Counted from the first letter of the whole stretch, positions 37,500 to 50,440 are shown. The stretch is DNA of 63,031 nucleotides, filler included, from Octopus bimaculoides (GCF_001194135.2; 3 parts of 3 records of this genome joined end to end with filler, not necessarily neighbours in it); one strand, 5' to 3'. Numbers and translations are program-made. Notes: generated from the sequence alone by a model not told the origin.

Positions 37500-37900
37500 A
37501 ATTCTTTCTAGCTGGTTGTTTATAGGTATGACTGCTTGATACTTCAAGTGACCCAAAAGAAATGGATCAAAGCGTGCAATAAATTCTATAATTCCCTCAA
37601 AATTCTTACAGTACGTGCATACTATGATTTCTTCACTACCCCTAAATGCCAGGCCTCTACCGGCTAGAAATGTTGTCACAGGCACAGCACAGCGCAATAC
37701 TTCAGTTCACTGTTTATTGTTTCTCTGTATGGTTAACAAGGACATTCTCTAAACTGCTATACAAAATCTGTGGTTTTGGCTTTGTTCATGCATTTTCATT
37801 TTCTCTGCTTTCTTTTCCCCAAACATTAAAGCCATCCTTGTTGGAAAACCTGTCACGGCGGCTTGGCATCAGCGTGGAATTAAGGTAATCACCTGCACTC
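37500..37900 (-). pseudogene. hAT transposase fragment (ZMYM1/DUF4371-like)
   Basis: FLAGRGLAFRGSEE...NFEGIIEFIARFDPFL..HL matches FLAxxGLAFRG...GNFLxxLxLxxxFDPxL. Confidence 0.8.
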
Positions 37901-38930
37901 TTTCATGCCGTTACTTTTACGTCAATGGTGGATGCGTAGGCCTGCGGCCAAAGTTAGCCAAATATTAATAGGAAAGTGTTCAAACGATTAGCAGCAAATC
38001 AAGGATTGCAGATTAAATATTTACTTCGTATTGAATTACTTTCCTTCAGAATTATGTTTAACTTTCATGGGGCCATGAAAACGAAAAAGCGCCACAAACA
38101 CTCCAGAAAAATAATAGGCTGAAACGGAATTGTGTATTTCATGGAACCTTCTTAACTTCAGACAATCACATGAAAATATTTGAGCTTTCCACTTTTGTTA
38201 ATCAAAATGGCGCCTGCAGATGTAACGGTCGAACTCATTCTGTAAGGGAAGTAGGTATTTTGAATTGCATTTTAGATGTGATGTTAGTGCCGTCCTTCAG
38301 TTTATTTTTAATTTTTGATATTATTACCCGATTGTATTTTTAATGCACCTATTTTCTGACCAGAACGCACAGCTGACATCCGCGAAAATAACAACTAATG
38401 TTCAACAGAAATAGATGAAAATCGATGGCAACAGATGTATTGGAAGCTAAAGTTGCAGAACTGCAACACCAACGTCAACCTGTGCTGTATTACTGCACTG
38501 GCAACACCAACCGGTGCTAAATTATTGCCATGATTGAAATGTTTTTGCGAAAGTGTAAACGGTATGACAGACAGCGTCAGCCAAATTTATATTTCCTTTT
38601 GAAGTTACATGGAAAAAACAATAGTAAAAATTTGGTTGGTCAGTATCTTGGCACATGTCATTTTGATTGTTATATAAACCTTAGAAATAAAAGATTTTGG
38701 AGAAATGGTTTTCCATGTCTTAGTAAAGTAAATTCGAATCCACATCTCTCATAGGCATGACGATTTTTCTTCCATTGTACCAAAGATTACTCGATCGAGA
38801 CACACGGGTAAAGTTCGGCTGTTTCATTTCACAAGAGTTTTTCAAACTTATATATATATAGTTTTCATAATCCACTTCCAAAAAAGGATTATTTCGCGTT
38901 CTCCCGAGCGTTTATAAATTGTTATGACGT

Positions 38931-38981
<51 letters not shown>

Positions 38982-39055
38982 AATAAAAGTTGAAAATGCA
39001 CTGAGAATAGTTAAAATATTTCTATTAATATATTTGAAACTTTGTTTTCTATATA

Positions 39056-40863
39056 TCTATATACATAAATTACATTTCTGTCTGTTTGTGGCTGTGTGTG
39101 TTTGTGAATTTGTTACTCTGAGACTATTCAACCGATTTTGTTGAAACTTGACACGGGTGTGGGATTCATGCCAGAGCGGCCACTTAGGCACTTGAAAATC
39201 TTTTAAAAATCGATAATTGTTAATCAGCATCGATTTTTGAAAATGAATGTTATTTTCTGCAATATATTATAAAAAAAAATAAATGTTATTTTCTGCCATA
39301 ACTTTTAAAGTTTTCAACTAATTTTCTAGAAATCTTATAATACGGAGATAGAATATGCACTAAGGATGGGTTGACACCAATAAATATTTTTACACACATG
39401 CAGAAAAATGACGACACGAGTTCGATATCAGAATCTGGTCATTTTTTTCGTCAAGTTGGTCCTACCCATTAATATAGATTTCAATTTGATGTAAAATGCC
39501 GAAATTCGACGAAAAATGTTTCATGGGCATAAGAAGACATCTTTTTAACGGTAATCTCGTTAGCATCTGCTAATTCTGCATTTCAATACGAATTGTTTTC
39601 CTTTGCTAGAACGTATTATTTCAATTCATTCATTTTTATTCATTCCCCAGCGTTTCAGGTTTTAAATAGATAAGTGCATTTTATTTTTCAAGCATTTTCT
39701 ATTCAGTATTTCATGCATAGCCATAGATATACTGACAATCAAACTACATTTATACAAACAGCTACTTATATACAAAGTTTAACTTATCAGTATACCCCTT
39801 CTTAACTTGCAGATACTTTTGGAGTTCAGATTTCCGTTAAGTTGCTATATGAACCTTAACTCTCATAGAAGGTTCAGGATCTTATATTAGTCTTTTAAGA
39901 CAGGGGATATTCTCATGTGGGCCTCAACTTACTTAAGAAAGTCAGTATTTCTTATTCACCATTGGGTGTGTGTTTGTGAATTTGTTACTTTAACTCCTCT
40001 GAGGCTATTCAAACCGATCTTAATGAAACTCGACACATGTCTGGGGCTTATGTCCATGAGGTGACTTACGTACTTGGAATCTCCAAAAAATCGATAATTT
40101 TTAATCCGCATCGATTTTTCAAAAATCAATAGAATATTTCAATGCAAATTCTCATATAAATGTTATTTTCTGCCATAACTTTTAAAGTTATACACAGATG
40201 GAATATGCGGTAATAGTGGATTGAGACAAATAAATTTTTACCTAGACTACTCAAGCAAAGTCTAAGATGATTTTGGATTAACTGATTAACTAAATTTGGC
40301 CTAAATTGTTGTGGGGTTCATCAATTATTCCAGCATTCTCAGATTGCTGTAACATGCATTTTCTTAACACATGCACAAAAAATTATTGATTCTAAACGAT
40401 GCAGCGTTATGTGCTAAAACATAGAACATGTAATTTATTACCACTTGCACTTAAAATTGTCGGTTCTAAATGTTGCAATCGATATTTCATTCTCACGATC
40501 AGTGGAACTATACTCATGAAAGACAGTCGTAAAATTAAGTGCCTTTTCTCTAAATAATTTTTTTTTTTACTTTTCAAACATTTACTTACTCTTGTTTTTT
40601 TTTGTCATAGCATTCCTTTACAATTCCCTTCTTTATGCTTCCATTGATAATATATTTGCAGCTTTCCTCTCATATGACCAAACGATTGTCATTTCCCGAT
40701 TCCACACGTATGTATTTGTATTTTTGTTTCGTGAATGAATTTGCTTACACCTTCTATCGTGTGTCCTATGGCTTGATTTCATTCTTCTTCTGAAAGAAGT
40801 TAGGCATTGTTATTGAAACTGGGAATATCTCCGCTCCCGGGTATTACCGGGTACCTCAGGTAG
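39056..40863 (+). mobile_element. Compound non-autonomous Helitron
   Basis: A|TCTATATACAT 5' end; 5' module present twice (about 39075-39390 and 39965-40240); 3' hairpin CCCGG-GTATTA-CCGGG at 40836-40851 followed by a degenerate (G)TAG end. Confidence 0.6.
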
Positions 40864-41029
40864 GATATATACTTGCGGGTGAGAAACTATATAATGAATT
40901 ACGGTGCATGTTGATAGTAAGTGTATAATAAATTAAAATTAAAATTAAAACAAAATAAAATTTTATTTTAATTTATGATATGATTATAATCAACATGCTC
41001 TCCTTTATATTAAGTACAAACACCACTTA

Positions 41030-41220
41030 CGCAACGAGAAACTGTGTTGCGTCACCTGAAGAGATTCTTCCGCAGTGTGGGATACCCCACAATTCATTGT
41101 ATTGTCCCTCACTCACTGCGAGGGAGCGATGCAGTATGTGTTGAAACATTCGTTATGATGGTTGTGAATAAAGTTTCCTGTATACTCTATCTTTCGTATC
41201 CACTGGACACGATATTTCGA
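41030..41220 (+). mobile_element. Probable PLE pseudo-LTR with degenerate HHR and AATAAA
   Basis: CGTCAC-CTGAAGA...GAAACATTCGT-T-ATGATG; AATAAA at 41167. Confidence 0.45.
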
Positions 41221-41299
41221 TAATACTCCATACACATATTAGGATATTCTATCCTAATATGGGTAAATAGAGTCAGAGATGTTGAGAAATGTGCACAAG

Positions 41300-41457
41300 A
41301 GTGCAAGAGTGGCTGTGTAGCAAGTATCTTGCTTACCAACCACATGGTTCTAGGCTCCGACCCCCTGGAATCTTGACCAAATGTGTTCTACTATTGCCTC
41401 GGGTTGACCTAATCCTGGTCAGTGGATTTCGTAGACGGAAACTGAAAAAACCCCGTC

Positions 41458-41460
<3 letters not shown>
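41300..41460 (+). mobile_element. SINE family B head/core running into (TA)n and a gap
   Basis: Family B motifs ending GGAAACTGAAAAAACCCCGTCG. Confidence 0.8.
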
Positions 41461-41496
<36 letters not shown>

Positions 41497-41805
41497 NNNN
41501 NNNNNNNNNNNNNNNNNNNNNNNNNNNNNNNNNNNNNNNNNNNNNNNNNNNNNNNNNNNNNNNNNNNNNNNNNNNNNNNNNNNNNNNNNNNNNNNNNNNN
41601 NNNNNNNNNNNNNNNNNNNNNNNNNNNNNNNNNNNNNNNNNNNNNNNNNNNNNNNNNNNNNNNNNNNNNNNNNNNNNNNNNNNNNNNNNNNNNNNNNNNN
41701 NNNNNNNNNNNNNNNNNNNNNNNNNNNNNNNNNNNNNNNNNNNNNNNNNNNNNNNNNNNNNNNNNNNNNNNNNNNNNNNNNNNNNNNNNNNNNNNNNNNN
41801 NNNNN

Positions 41806-42410
41806 GTGGAACTTATTTAAAAGTTCTTATACACTTATAAACAAAATTAAGGGATCAGCAAGAGGTTGCTTCTCCACATACCGAAGTTCAGAAATAGCAG
41901 CTAAAAATGCTGAAACTCCAACAGAGAGCAGTTACCCGCAACTCACATAGGCAAAACAAGAAAAAAAATAACGAACTAAACTAGCCATAGTTAATCATAA
42001 GCATGTTTCTGGTTTAGAAGAATAATAAAAACTCTTCATTACCTCATCGGTATGATATTCCTGTTGTAAATTCGACGATACTGGCAAATGTGCATGCCTG
42101 ATCTAGTGCCATCATTGCAGTCGAGACATTTTGAAAGTATCTTCAAATCTACATGGGCGAGCCAGCCCATCATCTTCCCTCACGGATTACCATGTGCGTC
42201 GCAGGCGGTACCACAGAAAATCTGTGGTTTACTATCCGGGAGTGAATAATTAATTATTACAATTGAAAGGGTAAAGGATTATCAATTTATTAATAAATTA
42301 ATAATTAATAATTTTTACCAAGCCCTTCGGTATGTAAGCACCATTATCGGTGTGGAACTTATTAAAAAGTTCTTATACATTTATAAATAAAATTAAGGGA
42401 TCAGCAACAG
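41806..42410. mobile_element. Element bounded by ~65-bp direct repeats, possible PLE partial tandem
   Basis: GTGGAACTTATT.AAAAGTTCTTATACA.TTATAAA.AAAATTAAGGGATCAGCAA at 41806 and about 42352. Confidence 0.45.
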
Positions 42411-42664
42411 GGACCGATAGAATAAGCACTAGGCTTACAAAGTATAAGTCCTGGGGTCGATTAGCTCGACTACAGGTGATGCACCACCGTGGCCGCAGTC
42501 AAATGACTGAACGAAGTAAAAAAAAATAAAAGGATAAACAGTATCGTATCTGGAGAAAAATACGATACAGATTGCTACAGAGCTGTACGTTCCTCAAAAC
42601 GTAGACGTTTGAAATACCCTGACTGCATGAAGCCCATTGTGATTGATATAAAGAAATTTTGATC

Positions 42665-42708
<44 letters not shown>

Positions 42709-44029
42709 NNNNNNNNNNNNNNNNNNNNNNNNNNNNNNNNNNNNNNNNNNNNNNNNNNNNNNNNNNNNNNNNNNNNNNNNNNNNNNNNNNNNNNNNNNNN
42801 NNNNNNNNNNNNNNNNNNNNNNNNNNNNNNNNNNNNNNNNNNNNNNNNNNNNNNNNNNNNNNNNNNNNNNNNNNNNNNNNNNNNNNNNNNNNNNNNNNNN
42901 NNNNNNNNNNNNNNNNNNNNNNNNNNNNNNNNNNNNNNNNNNNNNNNNNNNNNNNNNNNNNNNNNNNNNNNNNNNNNNNNNNNNNNNNNNNNNNNNNNNN
43001 NNNNNNNNNNNNNNNNNNNNNNNNNNNNNNNNNNNNNNNNNNNNNNNNNNNNNNNNNNNNNNNNNNNNNNNNNNNNNNNNNNNNNNNNNNNNNNNNNNNN
43101 NNNNNNNNNNNNNNNNNNNNNNNNNNNNNNNNNNNNNNNNNNNNNNNNNNNNNNNNNNNNNNNNNNNNNNNNNNNNNNNNNNNNNNNNNNNNNNNTATAT
43201 ATATATTTATATAAGTATATATGTGTGTGTGTGTGTGTGTGTGAGTGTGTGTGTGTGTGTGTGTGTTTGCAGTTAATGGACGCGTAAGAACCTCACAAAA
43301 CAAATTTAAATGTGAGTTTCCAAGAAATGTGTGAGCTAAAACTGCTCTGTAACTAATTAGCTATTAGTTGCAGCCATGGCAAAAGAGAAACCGAAGTAGG
43401 TAACTTCTCTAGTCTTACATTAAGTTACCAATATTCGTGTAACGGAAAATGTGTGAATTTCTCCACCTCATATCCGTGTTTGTAAATACTACTAATACAT
43501 ACAATCACATATCTAATTGTTTTGGGTGATAGCCTATCAAATATTTTTGTTGTAAGATGCAGAATTCTAATTTGTGGATGCTAATATGTCTACAAAACAT
43601 ATTTACACACATACAAGTCAGGAAAAAAACTGCTTCTGGCTGATTTATACATCTCATCGATTTGTCGCTAATTTTAGTTGTAACCGTAATAATTTAGTAG
43701 TGAAAATGCTCTAGTCCCTGGAAATTAACCTATTTCCAATGCTTTGTTTATATATCATGTATCACTAAAATAAGTAAGTACACCACGAGGGAGACGTGTA
43801 AGGGCTGAATCAATACGTTTTAATTATGAGAAAAAGTTGAAAAAATTATTTTTTCCTCGAATAAGCACAAATCCGAAAGTTAAATGCTGTATATACGTAA
43901 TGATACAACGACTTCGCAGTCTGACTGCATAAGTACGGATGATGCCGCAATGTTGATAATCAGATGTTTGTCTTTTACATTTTATCATCTGGTTGTTTCC
44001 CTCTTTACACTGCAGCCAAGCTGGGGCAC

Positions 44030-44370
44030 TGCCTTCAGGAATTTTTGTTGAACAAATCTACCATTACTTACCTGTTAAGCCTGGTATTTATTATATCGGT
44101 CTCTTTTAGCCGAACCATGAAGTAACGGAGACGAAAACGCACCAGCATTGTTTGTCAATTGGTGGTGAGAGGACAAACGCAGGCGCAAAGATACACACAG
44201 ATATATATACATATATATAAATACGATGAGCTTCTTTGAGTTTCTGTCTACCAACTTCATTCACAAAGCTTTTGCCGGCCCGAGACTATAGATGACGCTT
44301 GCCCAATGTAGCGCGCAGTGGGACCGAAACCAAAACCATGTGGTTGGGGAGCAAACGTCTTACCACATCC
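44030..44370 (-). mobile_element. SINE family B, near full length
   Basis: Reverse complement of the family B consensus seen elsewhere in the window. Confidence 0.8.
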
Positions 44371-44398
44371 CCATTCCTAGTGACTAAAAAACTAAGTA

Positions 44399-45425
44399 CA
44401 GAAACAGTTAGAACATTTTGGTTGTTGTTATGCAACTATTTAAAACATTATAAGGTATTTCAAATATAAATGACAATTACACTGCATCCCACATAGTTAG
44501 GCAAATCAACCTTCTCTCAATAAATGTACAAATATGTCATTTTCCCACTGAATGTTCGCAACAACTATCTGCTCACAGTCTGTTAGAATGAATCGGATCT
44601 GCACATAAAGAAACAAACGGCAGCCATTTTCGTGTAGTAGCAACATTTCTGCTGTCCCAAATGAATAGGCAGGTGCCCAATTTAAGTGTCATTATGGGTC
44701 AGAAATCTGATCTTACCTCGAATGAAAAGTCTACCATCGTGCCAGAGCTTAGAAAAGGAAAAACAAACAAAGAAATATAAATAATATAAATAATACTGGG
44801 AAAGGATCACCAAACAGTGAAGAACTTTGTGCAGTATCCTATTTATGTCTGGTCGAGGGCAGATGAGTCGAATGCTGCTTCGAATCGTACTTTGTCACGT
44901 GTGGAAACGGAAGTTGTGCAGAACCTATGTCTGACGAGTAGAGAAGTTTTGTGACAGGATAGACATATCGAAAACTACTAGGTGTCGCCTCTTGAAACAG
45001 GTAGCCAGGAAAGGCCCCCTCTGAAGGATGTTCATAAGCAGAAGAGACTGAAATGGACAGAAGAATATATGAAGAGAAATTTTTAAATAGTTCTGTTCAC
45101 TGACGAATTCCGTGCTACGTCTGACGGACTAGATGGCTAGAGTAAAGTTTGGGTATCAATCAGTGGGAAGTGTCCTCATCGTTTGAGACGCCATCAGGGA
45201 GGAGATGTCGTCATGTCACTGGTGTGATGGCCGGGCCATGGTAAGTCGCAGATGGCATTAAAATGACATCGAAAACATATGTTACCTTCTTAAATGATAA
45301 TTTCCAACCGTAGTTCAAAAGGCGAAAACTTTCATTCAAGAGAAAGCTGGTCTTCATGCAAGATAATGCCCCCTCTCATGCAGCGAATATTTCTAAGGAA
45401 TATCCGCTAGAAATAGGCTTCTCTA
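44399..45425 (+). pseudogene. Tc1-family transposase pseudogene (TRT/DD37E-like), 3'-truncated
   Basis: ATG at 44694: MGQKSDLT..EKSTI; KTTRCRLL; HKQKRLKW; VLFTDEFRATSDGLDG; FMQDNAPSHAA. The third catalytic residue region is absent. Confidence 0.85.
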
Positions 45426-46747
45426 CATGCCTGAAAATTCGTTTGAAGTGACCACTTCAAACAAATTTTCAGGAATAGGCATGGTGGGGGGAAAGTTTAG
45501 TAGTTGTTCGCTGGCATGTTTTGCTGAAGAGAATCAGGCACCGTTTGGCGCTAAATTCGAAATCATGATATCAAATTAATCAGCATTACTTGAGCTGACC
45601 CAGCAGAGGTAAGACGATATTATTGTAATTTGATATGTGTGGTCTTGTAAAGAAACTTATTGTATAAGTATTATTTCATCATTGATTATGTGATTTGTCC
45701 ACTCCCAATTGAGGTCATAATCATTATTATCATTTAATTTCCGCTTTCATTTTGACATAGGTTGAAGAGTTTGACAGGAGCTGCCAAGACAGTAGTCTCT
45801 GCCAGGCTCTACTGTCTGCTTTGCCATGGTTTCTGTGGCTAGACACCCCTCATAATGCCAGTCACATTACAGAATGCACTCTGTTTTTAATGTGGGACCA
45901 GCACTATGGCATGATTTCTTCACTTGGATGCCCCTTCCAACATCAGCGATTTTTACGGGACAACAACGCAGGGGGCGTCTTCAAGTTGGTGGGTGTCTCC
46001 AAGCAGGATGGGGTCTCTAAGCAGGTGGGGGTCTCCAAGCAAGGCGCCTTGAATGGGGACTGATAAAAGTGCAATAGAGGAATAGGGATACGTGATTTGC
46101 TGTTGAGGATGTACATAGTAATCATCAGCTAGAAAAGAATGGCTTAAGAGAGGAAGAGCTAGAGGGAGTTAGAGAGTAAGATAGGGAGACATGGCCACCG
46201 CAATTGGTAAAAGAAAAGAGAGGAGGATAAAGAAATGTTTATATACCCAACATGTTTCAGTATTTGATAGTTTATTATATATATATATCTGTGTGTGCTC
46301 AATANNNNNNNNNNNNNNNNNNNNNNNNNNNNNNNNNNNNNNNNNNNNNNNNNNNNNNNNNNNNNNNNNNNNNNNNNNNNNNNNNNNNNNNNNNNNNNNN
46401 NNNNNNNNNNNNNNNNNNNNNNNNNNNNNNNNNNNNNNNNNNNNNNNNNNNNNNNNNNNNNNNNNNNNNNNNNNNNNNNNNNNNNNNNNNNNNNNNNNNN
46501 NNNNNNNNNNNNNNNNNNNNNNNNNNNNNNNNNNNNNNNNNNNNNNNNNNNNNNNNNNNNNNNNNNNNNNNNNNNNNNNNNNNNNNNNNNNNNNNNNNNN
46601 NNNNNNNNNNNNNNNNNNNNNNNNNNNNNNNNNNNNNNNNNNNNNNNNNNNNNNNNNNNNNNNNNNNNNNNNNNNNNNNNNNNNNNNNNNNNNNNNNNNN
46701 NNNTATATATATATATATATATGTATAAAACATATATATAAGTTCTA

Positions 46748-46950
46748 GGGGGCGAGCTGCTGAAACGTTAGCACGTTGGGCGAAATGCTTAGCGGTATTT
46801 ATGAGTTCAAATTCCACCGAGGTCGACTTTGCCTTTCATCCTTTCGTGGTCGATAAATTACGTACCAGTTCATACTGATATCGATGTTATCGACTGGCCC
46901 CCTCCCCAAATATTTCGGGCCCTGTGCCTAGAGTAGAAAAGAATATATAT
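46748..46950 (+). mobile_element. SINE family A
   Basis: GGCGAGCTG.TGAAACGTTAGCACG..GGGCGAAATGCTTAGCGGTATTT...GAGTTCAAATTCCACCGAGGTCGACTTTGCC. Confidence 0.9.
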
Positions 46951-46969
46951 ATCAATTCAATCCTGGACA

Positions 46970-49900
46970 CCCGGTAGACACTCTAGAAGAGGCAACATAT
47001 TTTTCTTGATATGTGAATATGGTCTTTGGTAAATATAAATAAATATTGTTCGATATAAATCAATTTTTGTCCTTGTTATTTATTAATTGTCCTTGCCATT
47101 GATAATTTAATCGCTGTTTAACTAATGAAAGTTGCAACTCTTCACTTTCTGCAGAAAGAGTAAATCTTGGCATAAATAGTTTTTTTCTGCGATGTACATC
47201 TTTAGGTATTTTTTACATAATTACTTTTTCTTGTGTTTTGAATAACTAAACATGTAGCATTACACATGCATTTAGCATGGTCAATTGTATGCAAAAGAAT
47301 ACTTAATGTATGGGCCTTTAATTTCAATAAATGTGATGGTAATCCTGAAATATTTATCATATTTAAGTAATTTGTAGTGAATTCCGAAGGATCATCCTGA
47401 TGAGAACATTGACCATGACTAAAGACAACCTTTTCATCTTCAGCAAATATTTTCAGTATTTCCTCATTAATGTGATCAACATAAATATTTTTGGTTGCTA
47501 AAACAATGTTTCAGAAAACATTCTGGTTCTATAATGCATTCCTGTATGAAATTCCTTCTGAGAACTGTCATTGAATGAAGTCATTGAAATTATGAACAAT
47601 GTTACATCTCTGGAGTATAATAACTTCGCCACTTGCTTCTTTTACACATCTATTTACAACAACAAGCATACAGTTATTCAACTGAGTTTGGTTGTTTTGA
47701 TCTTCTGAACTCTGTTCATATGAATTTAATAACATATTTTCTGTCAAGTAAATATTGTTTACATGTTTCTATAAAAATGAATTATTAAAGCTGCTGCCTG
47801 AAACAGTGGTCTGGTTCGAAGTTTATTGACAGATAATATTTATCGAAAATCCCCACCAAAAGTTATTACATTCCCTCCAAACAGGGAAAGTTATTACATT
47901 CCTTCCAAACAGACCATATTCAAACCGTTTTCATTAGATCCCTTAATGTTTTATTAAATGTCACTGGGAGGAAACAGTAAGACACAGTGAGTAAGCCATC
48001 AGTCTGAATGATAGTTGCTTTGTCATTGCGTGTGGATAGATGTGATACCATTAACTGGATTGAAGGAAAAGGAGAAAGCGGAATGAGCTATTGTATCTCC
48101 AGCAAGTAACAATCCAGCTGCAGCAGATGAGGCAGTTGTCATTGCAATCTTTCCATCTTTGTGGACATAGAGAAGAGTGACACCAGACCCATCCAACCCT
48201 TCAATAGACAAAGTTTTAGCTATGAGAATCTCGTGAGTGCGAGTATTTGATTCTAAATTGCGAATTGCCTCTTTCATAATCCGGAATACAGATTGTTGTC
48301 CACAATTTCATGTTTTGAAATTTTCATCAAAGAAACTTTTTGTTCAATCTGTGGAAAAAATTTCTAAGATCTTGCAGAACGAATGGGTTGCCTCTAATGA
48401 TGTTTGGCGTATTGGTGGGGAGGGGAATTGTTTAATGTCGAACAATTTGCTTTTAGAATAATTTCTGATTTTTAGTAATGTATGTGGTTTTATGCTATCA
48501 TTGATATCTACTAGAGTAGTCATTTAATCTTCTGAAAATTGTCCTTTCAAATGCTGCATATAATTTCTCAGAGCAGAAATTATCTTGCAGCTGATATGGG
48601 GTTGCTGAAAAATTTGCAAACTCTATAATTAGATCGTATTCGTGGTCATCATGTGCTAAGCCCATCTCATTGAATCTTCTTTCTAAGTATGGAAAACCAC
48701 GCCATTAATAGCTCATATCTTCATATGATGTAGCTTCAGGAATATGATTCAAGAACTCTCTCAGAATTCTTCCTGTTCCTTTGAAGAAACAAAGTACATG
48801 CACACAATTACGTGTGTGCCATTTTTCTGAGATGCCACGTGTTCTCGATATTATTTCATACGTGAAAGTCTGGAAAAAATGGAAGTGATTTAACTGATAA
48901 TTCCCGGTTAACTTGCATCCATTCGGTGTGTGTTGATATGACATGAGTGTAGATATGATGCTGAATATCATCATCATCATCATAAACGTAAGCGTATTGC
49001 TGTTGGGGTAAATGAACTGTACCTTGTTGGACTGGAGGATATGAACCATGTACCTTGAAATCCCAAACCCTCTAGACTACCTCTAATGAGGACACATAGT
49101 GGCCATTAATATATTTTTCAATTTCCTCTTTGTGTGTTTCTGTTTGTTGTACATTAGTTTGTCCACTAATATTGACTGTCAACCGATCACAAACTTTACG
49201 AATATATTTGCTCATATATTTAACTAATTTTACAGACTCACATATCTCTACCTGACAATGACTATTTGACTAAAATGAAGAGGGAATATGGTACGGCTTA
49301 ACAATTATCTAATTTAAAATTTGACTTTGTAAATGTAAAACCATTATTTCAATACCAGTAAAGTGGGTAGCTGTTAGAACTCTTTGCGGGGATGTTTATA
49401 TATTTCCCATCAAGCATGTTGCATGCTTTTGGGGACATATTGAAATAGAATACGTTGTGTTTGTGGATTTGGAAACGCTGCATAATCAAAATTTTCATAA
49501 TGTTCTGGATCTAACGTATCTTTTTTTTTATATATGAACAACATATGACAATGGTTAAATCCACTGTAATCTACATGTATCTTACATTCAGGAAAATTTT
49601 GATAAATTTCCGCTCTGATTTCTTTTTATTATATGGAATCCGATGTAACCTTGCTTCTTCAATCTTGGAATACATATCACAGGAACATGACCGGAGTTTT
49701 GATGGAAATAGAGATAATATTCCCGAACTATTTTGTAAAAATATATCTGTGGAATTATATGAATCTCTGCTGCAACATCAAAAGTTGACTCTCTATCCCC
49801 TCTCGACAAATGGAAATAGCAATGGGAACTGCAGTAGATCATGATACATTGAATCTATTGTTCGAAGGAGTGATTCACCCGGAGTGATTTTATGCAGTGT

Positions 49901-50330
49901 TTGGTCTTGTACTGTTTCCAAACATCTGACATAATTACTGTAACTTCTTCTGCAGCTGGACGCTTGGTTACCAACTGTAGCAACGCGTTTGTCTTCTGAA
50001 TAACCATTGAAAACTCTTGTTATTATCAGTGTCTACATATTCTGAATTTAGATATGTTGGTGAGGAGGTCCAGACATTTTAAGAAGCAGAGGTCTCAGCG
50101 ATTTGTCATCTCATCCCTTAACACCAGAGTCCTGGCGTTAGCCTTCATCCTTTCATTCCAAGTCATCGAGTAAGCTGTGGTTTAAGGAAGATTTAGCTGT
50201 CATTTCTCGCATGTTGAGCGACTATATACATGTCTTATGGTTCATAAAATGTATCAGCTGGATCAGGGCTGAGGTACTCATTTCAATTTAAAAAAAAAAT
50301 ATGTTAATAGAACGTGCTTTATAAAGTAAT
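46970..50330 (-). pseudogene. Decayed autonomous Helitron Rep/helicase (PIF1-like)
   Basis: In order on the minus strand: DLLQFPLLFP; YSKIEEARL; NHIPEATSYED; GKIAMTTASSAAAGLLLAGDTIAHSAF; VLATKNIYVDHINEEIL..NISGLPSHLLKLK..CNAT; YLPKTIF..YVASSRV. Confidence 0.9.
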
Positions 50331-50355
50331 GAAAAGTTACTGCCTAAATACGGCG

Positions 50356-50361
<6 letters not shown>

Positions 50362-50435
<74 letters not shown>

Positions 50436-50440
50436 GTAAT
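50362..50440. repeat. (AAT)n microsatellite forming the tail/target of the adjacent element
   Basis: Direct reading. Confidence 0.95.

Noticed and set aside
45975-46200. 18-bp x3 repeat (VSKQxG) and an ADD-like RT motif
   Set aside because: Too degraded to assign; probably LINE debris.
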